A DNA stretch of 64,000 nt, taken from assembly GCA_041493035.1 (NCBI GenBank), contig JBGPYB010000004.1, positions 1,465 through 65,464 of the forward strand. Direction: 5' to 3'. This document shows positions 61,230 through 64,000 of the stretch, piece after piece. The position numbers and the translations under genes were made by a program. This DNA is from Vicinamibacteria bacterium. GTDB lineage: Bacteria; Acidobacteriota; Vicinamibacteria; Fen-336. Position 1 is the first letter of the stretch. Every line of letters begins with the position of its first letter. The notes under the pieces are model-generated. The model saw only the letters and a list, made by a program, of their open reading frames with translations. It was not told the DNA's origin and ran no database searches.

Positions 61230-63740
61230 GTGTTCTTGGCGACTTCGAAGACGCGGCCGCTTCAAGTCTGGAAGTTCGGCGGGGCCTCGGTGGCGGACGC
61301 CGCGGCCATCCGGCGCGTCGCGGGCCTGATCCGGCCGCATCGCGGGCCTGTGGTGGTCGTTGTCTCCGCCCTGTATGGCGTCACCGATGCCCTGCTGGAC
61401 GGCGCCCGGCGCTCGGCGGCGGGAGATGCGGGTGCGGGCGCGGCCGTCGCTTCGGCTTTCCTGCGCAAGCACCGCGCCGTCATCGAGGGGCTCGTCCCGC
61501 GCGGGGCCGCCCGTCGCCGGCTGCTGGCCCAAGCCGACGCCGCGGCCCGCGAGTACCGCGATCTGGCCCGGGCCGTTGCATCACTCCGCGAGGTGCCCGC
61601 GCGAGCCAGCGACATGCTCGTCTCTCGTGGCGAGCGCCTCGCCGGTGGAATCGTGGCGGCGGTCCTGACGGTGGTCGGGCGACCAGCGGTCTATGTCGAT
61701 CCGGTGGAGGTCGTCGTCACCGACGGCCACCACGGCGCCGCGTCTCCCGATATCCCGGCCACGCGTCGTAGCGCGTCCCGCGTCCTCCGTCCGCTCCTCC
61801 ACCGTGGCGTCACGCCGGTCGTTCCGGGCTTCCTGGGCGCCGGGCCTGACGGTAGCCTCACGACCCTCGGCCGCGGTGGCTCCGACCTGACGGCGACGCT
61901 CCTCGGCCGCTGCCTGGGCGCGCGCCGCGTGGTCCTCTGGAAGGACGTCCCCGGCATCCTGACCGCCGATCCGCGCACGGTTCCCGACGCGCGCCTCATC
62001 CCGCAGCTCCATCACCGCGAGGCGGCCGAGGTCGCGTACTACGGCGCCAAGGTGCTTCATCCGCGGGCGCTCATTCCCCTGGCCGGCACGCGGGTCGTTC
62101 TCGACGTCCGCTCCTTCGTCCATCCCGACCGCCCGGGGACCGAGATCTCGAGCCGCAAGACCCTCGCCAAGTACCCCGTGAAGGCCCTCGCGACCGTGGG
62201 GCATCAGGCGATCGTGACCGTAGCGGGGAAGGGAATGGTTGGCGTTCCCGGTATCGCCGCACGCACCTTCAGCGCCGTCCACGCCGAGGGACTTTCGGTC
62301 TCCACGATCTTCCAGGCGTCGTCCGAGAGCTCCATCGGCTTCACGCTGGCCGAGTCCGAGGCGCCGCGCGCGGTGGCGGCGCTCAGGAAGGCGTTCCGCG
62401 AGGAGCTGGCGGCGGGACTCATCGACAACGTGACGTCGCGCCATGGGCTCGCGGTGATGGCCGTGGTCGGCGAGGGGATGGTAGGGACACCAGGGATCGC
62501 GGGCCGGGTCTTTTCGTCCCTGGCGGGAGCGGGAGTGAACGTCATCGCCATTGCCCAGGGCTCGTCGGAGCGGAACATTTCCTTCGCCCTGACCGCCACT
62601 GGATCGGCCGAAGCGGCTCGGCGGATCCACGACGCCTTCCAGCTCTCGAAGATCGGTGGCGGCCGTGCCGACGAAGCTCCGAGGCGCGACGTCGTGCTCC
62701 TCGGCTTCGGGCGCGTGGGGCGCGCGCTGGCCGACCAGCTCGGGGCCCAGGACGGTTCGGCCGGCGTCCGCGTCGTGGGTCTCCTCGACCGCTCAGGGTA
62801 CGTCTTCGATCCGAAGGGCCTTTCGCACCGTCGTCTTCTGCGCCTCGCCAAGGGCAAGGACGAAGGGGCGCTCCTCAAGTCGCTGGGCGGGAAGCCCGCC
62901 TCCGCCGCCACGGCTCTCGCCGACATCGCGAGCCACGCCGTCTCTCGTCCTGTCCTCGTGGACGTGACCGCCGAAGAGACGGGGGACCTGCTGCGCTCGG
63001 CTCTGGGCCACGGATTCGACCTCGTCCTCGCCAACAAGAAGCCTCTCGCCGGTTCCGCCGAGAGCCATGCGCGTCTCCTCGAGACAGCCCGGGTGAAGGA
63101 GCGTCGCATCCTCTTCGAAGCGACCGTGGGCGCCGGCCTGCCGATCCTGGACACGTACCGGAAGCTCGTCGAGAGCGGTGACCGCGTCCTGCGCGTCGAA
63201 GGGTGCGTCAGCGGCACCCTCGGCTACGTTCTCTCGGCTGTCTCCGAGGGGAAGCCCTTCTCGGAAGCGGTTGGCGAGGCGGTCGACCGCGGCTATGCCG
63301 AGCCCGATCCACGCGAGGATCTCTCGGGACGGGACGTGGCCCGCAAGGGACTCATCCTGGCCCGTTTGCTGGGGTACAAGGGCGATCCGCTTCCGGCCGA
63401 AGACCTGGTGCCTCCGTCGCTACGTCGCGTTCCGCTCCCCGCCTTCATGGCGAAGCTTCCGTCCCTCGACGACGACTGGCGCCGGCGGGTCGAACGCGCC
63501 ACGGCGCGCGGCCGAGTCTTGCGCTACGTGGTGGTCGCCACTCGAGGTGGCGTGCGGGCGCACCTCGCGGCGGTGCCCGCGTCGAGCCCCGCGGCATCGC
63601 TGCGCGGAACCCGCAACCTCATCTCGTTCACCACGCGCCGCTACCGAGTCGAGCCCCTCGTCATCATGGGCCCCGGCGCGGGAGCCGAGGTCACGGCCGC
63701 GGGCATCCTGAACGACATCCAACAGCTCGCCGCGCGATAG
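61230..63740 (+). CDS. thrA: Bifunctional aspartokinase / homoserine dehydrogenase
   Basis: AK N-terminus VWKFGGASV, two ACT domains, C-terminal HSD domain (VVLLGFGRVGRALADQL ... catalytic region). 836 aa. Start GTG 61230 or TTG 61236. Confidence 0.85.
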   Translation: MFLATSKTRPLQVWKFGGASVADAAAIRRVAGLIRPHRGPVVVVVSALYGVTDALLDGARRSAAGDAGAGAAVASAFLRKHRAVIEGLVPRGAARRRLLAQADAAAREYRDLARAVASLREVPARASDMLVSRGERLAGGIVAAVLTVVGRPAVYVDPVEVVVTDGHHGAASPDIPATRRSASRVLRPLLHRGVTPVVPGFLGAGPDGSLTTLGRGGSDLTATLLGRCLGARRVVLWKDVPGILTADPRTVPDARLIPQLHHREAAEVAYYGAKVLHPRALIPLAGTRVVLDVRSFVHPDRPGTEISSRKTLAKYPVKALATVGHQAIVTVAGKGMVGVPGIAARTFSAVHAEGLSVSTIFQASSESSIGFTLAESEAPRAVAALRKAFREELAAGLIDNVTSRHGLAVMAVVGEGMVGTPGIAGRVFSSLAGAGVNVIAIAQGSSERNISFALTATGSAEAARRIHDAFQLSKIGGGRADEAPRRDVVLLGFGRVGRALADQLGAQDGSAGVRVVGLLDRSGYVFDPKGLSHRRLLRLAKGKDEGALLKSLGGKPASAATALADIASHAVSRPVLVDVTAEETGDLLRSALGHGFDLVLANKKPLAGSAESHARLLETARVKERRILFEATVGAGLPILDTYRKLVESGDRVLRVEGCVSGTLGYVLSAVSEGKPFSEAVGEAVDRGYAEPDPREDLSGRDVARKGLILARLLGYKGDPLPAEDLVPPSLRRVPLPAFMAKLPSLDDDWRRRVERATARGRVLRYVVVATRGGVRAHLAAVPASSPAASLRGTRNLISFTTRRYRVEPLVIMGPGAGAEVTAAGILNDIQQLAAR

Positions 63741-63765
63741 CGGTGCTAGACTCGGTTTGACAACG

Positions 63766-64000
63766 ATGAGCAAGGCCCAGGCCGCTAGCGTGAAGCCTTT
63801 TCTCGATCGGCTCGCCGAGGGAGTCGTGGTCTGCGACGGCGCCATGGGGACGATGCTCTACGCCCGGGGCGTTTTCGTGAACCGCTGCTTCGACGAGTTG
63901 AACCTCTCGAGTGCCAACCTCGTGCGCGCGGTCCACGAGGACTACCTCGAGGCCGGGGTCGACGTCATCGAGACGAACACCTTCGGGGCCCACCGCTACA
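63766..64000 (+). CDS. Homocysteine S-methyltransferase domain protein (MetH N-terminal-like), 3'-partial
   Basis: VCDGAMGTML ... GVDVIETNTFGA motifs of the Hcy-binding domain. Runs off the window end. Confidence 0.6.
   Translation, partial: MSKAQAASVKPFLDRLAEGVVVCDGAMGTMLYARGVFVNRCFDELNLSSANLVRAVHEDYLEAGVDVIETNTFGAHRY

Overview
High-GC (about 68-70%) bacterial chromosomal segment, gene-dense on both strands, with many 4-nt start/stop overlaps (GTGA/ATGA) and frequent GTG/TTG starts. Lineage is not determinable from sequence alone; the gene content (bacillithiol genes, PEGA-domain kinase, c-type cytochromes) would fit a soil/sediment Gram-negative such as an acidobacterium.

Most of the window is housekeeping:
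- carAB, the gcvTHP glycine-cleavage operon, argS, trpS, uvrC, scpAB, rluB-hisC-cmk, thiSG, rarA, greA.
- A bifunctional aspartokinase/homoserine dehydrogenase, a MetB-family PLP enzyme, and the start of a metH-like gene.
- A bshC-bshA-bshB1 bacillithiol operon.

Accessory or unusual content:
1. 27303-30255: an outer-membrane fused cytochrome-porin (Cyc2-like, single N-terminal CxxCH followed by a beta-barrel ending in Phe), an amicyanin-like cupredoxin and a periplasmic diheme cytochrome c. This looks like an iron-oxidation / extracellular electron-transfer module.
2. 15891-19637: a Hanks-type Ser/Thr kinase fused to PEGA x2 and a TonB C-terminal domain, followed by an FHA / double-zinc-ribbon / RDD membrane protein.
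3. 43921-45522: an orphan GspE/PilB-family protein with every ATPase motif degenerate but intact c-di-GMP-type MshEN motifs.
4. 56413-57420: a degenerate paralog of the UvrC N-terminal GIY-YIG region.
5. 735-4122: a decaying defence/phage islet (truncated hsdR, Gp37/Gp68 protein, HicB-HicA).
6. 50036-51600: a toxin-antitoxin graveyard downstream of gcvP, with intact antitoxin-type genes and deleted or truncated toxins.
7. 6211-6435: a ThiS with a two-residue extension after Gly-Gly.
8. 61022-61232: a candidate leader-peptide attenuator upstream of the aspartokinase/homoserine dehydrogenase gene.
9. 40462-40995: a consensus-like AT-rich promoter driving an (SP)n-repeat lipoprotein.

No rRNA, tRNA, CRISPR array, transposase or integrase was found.
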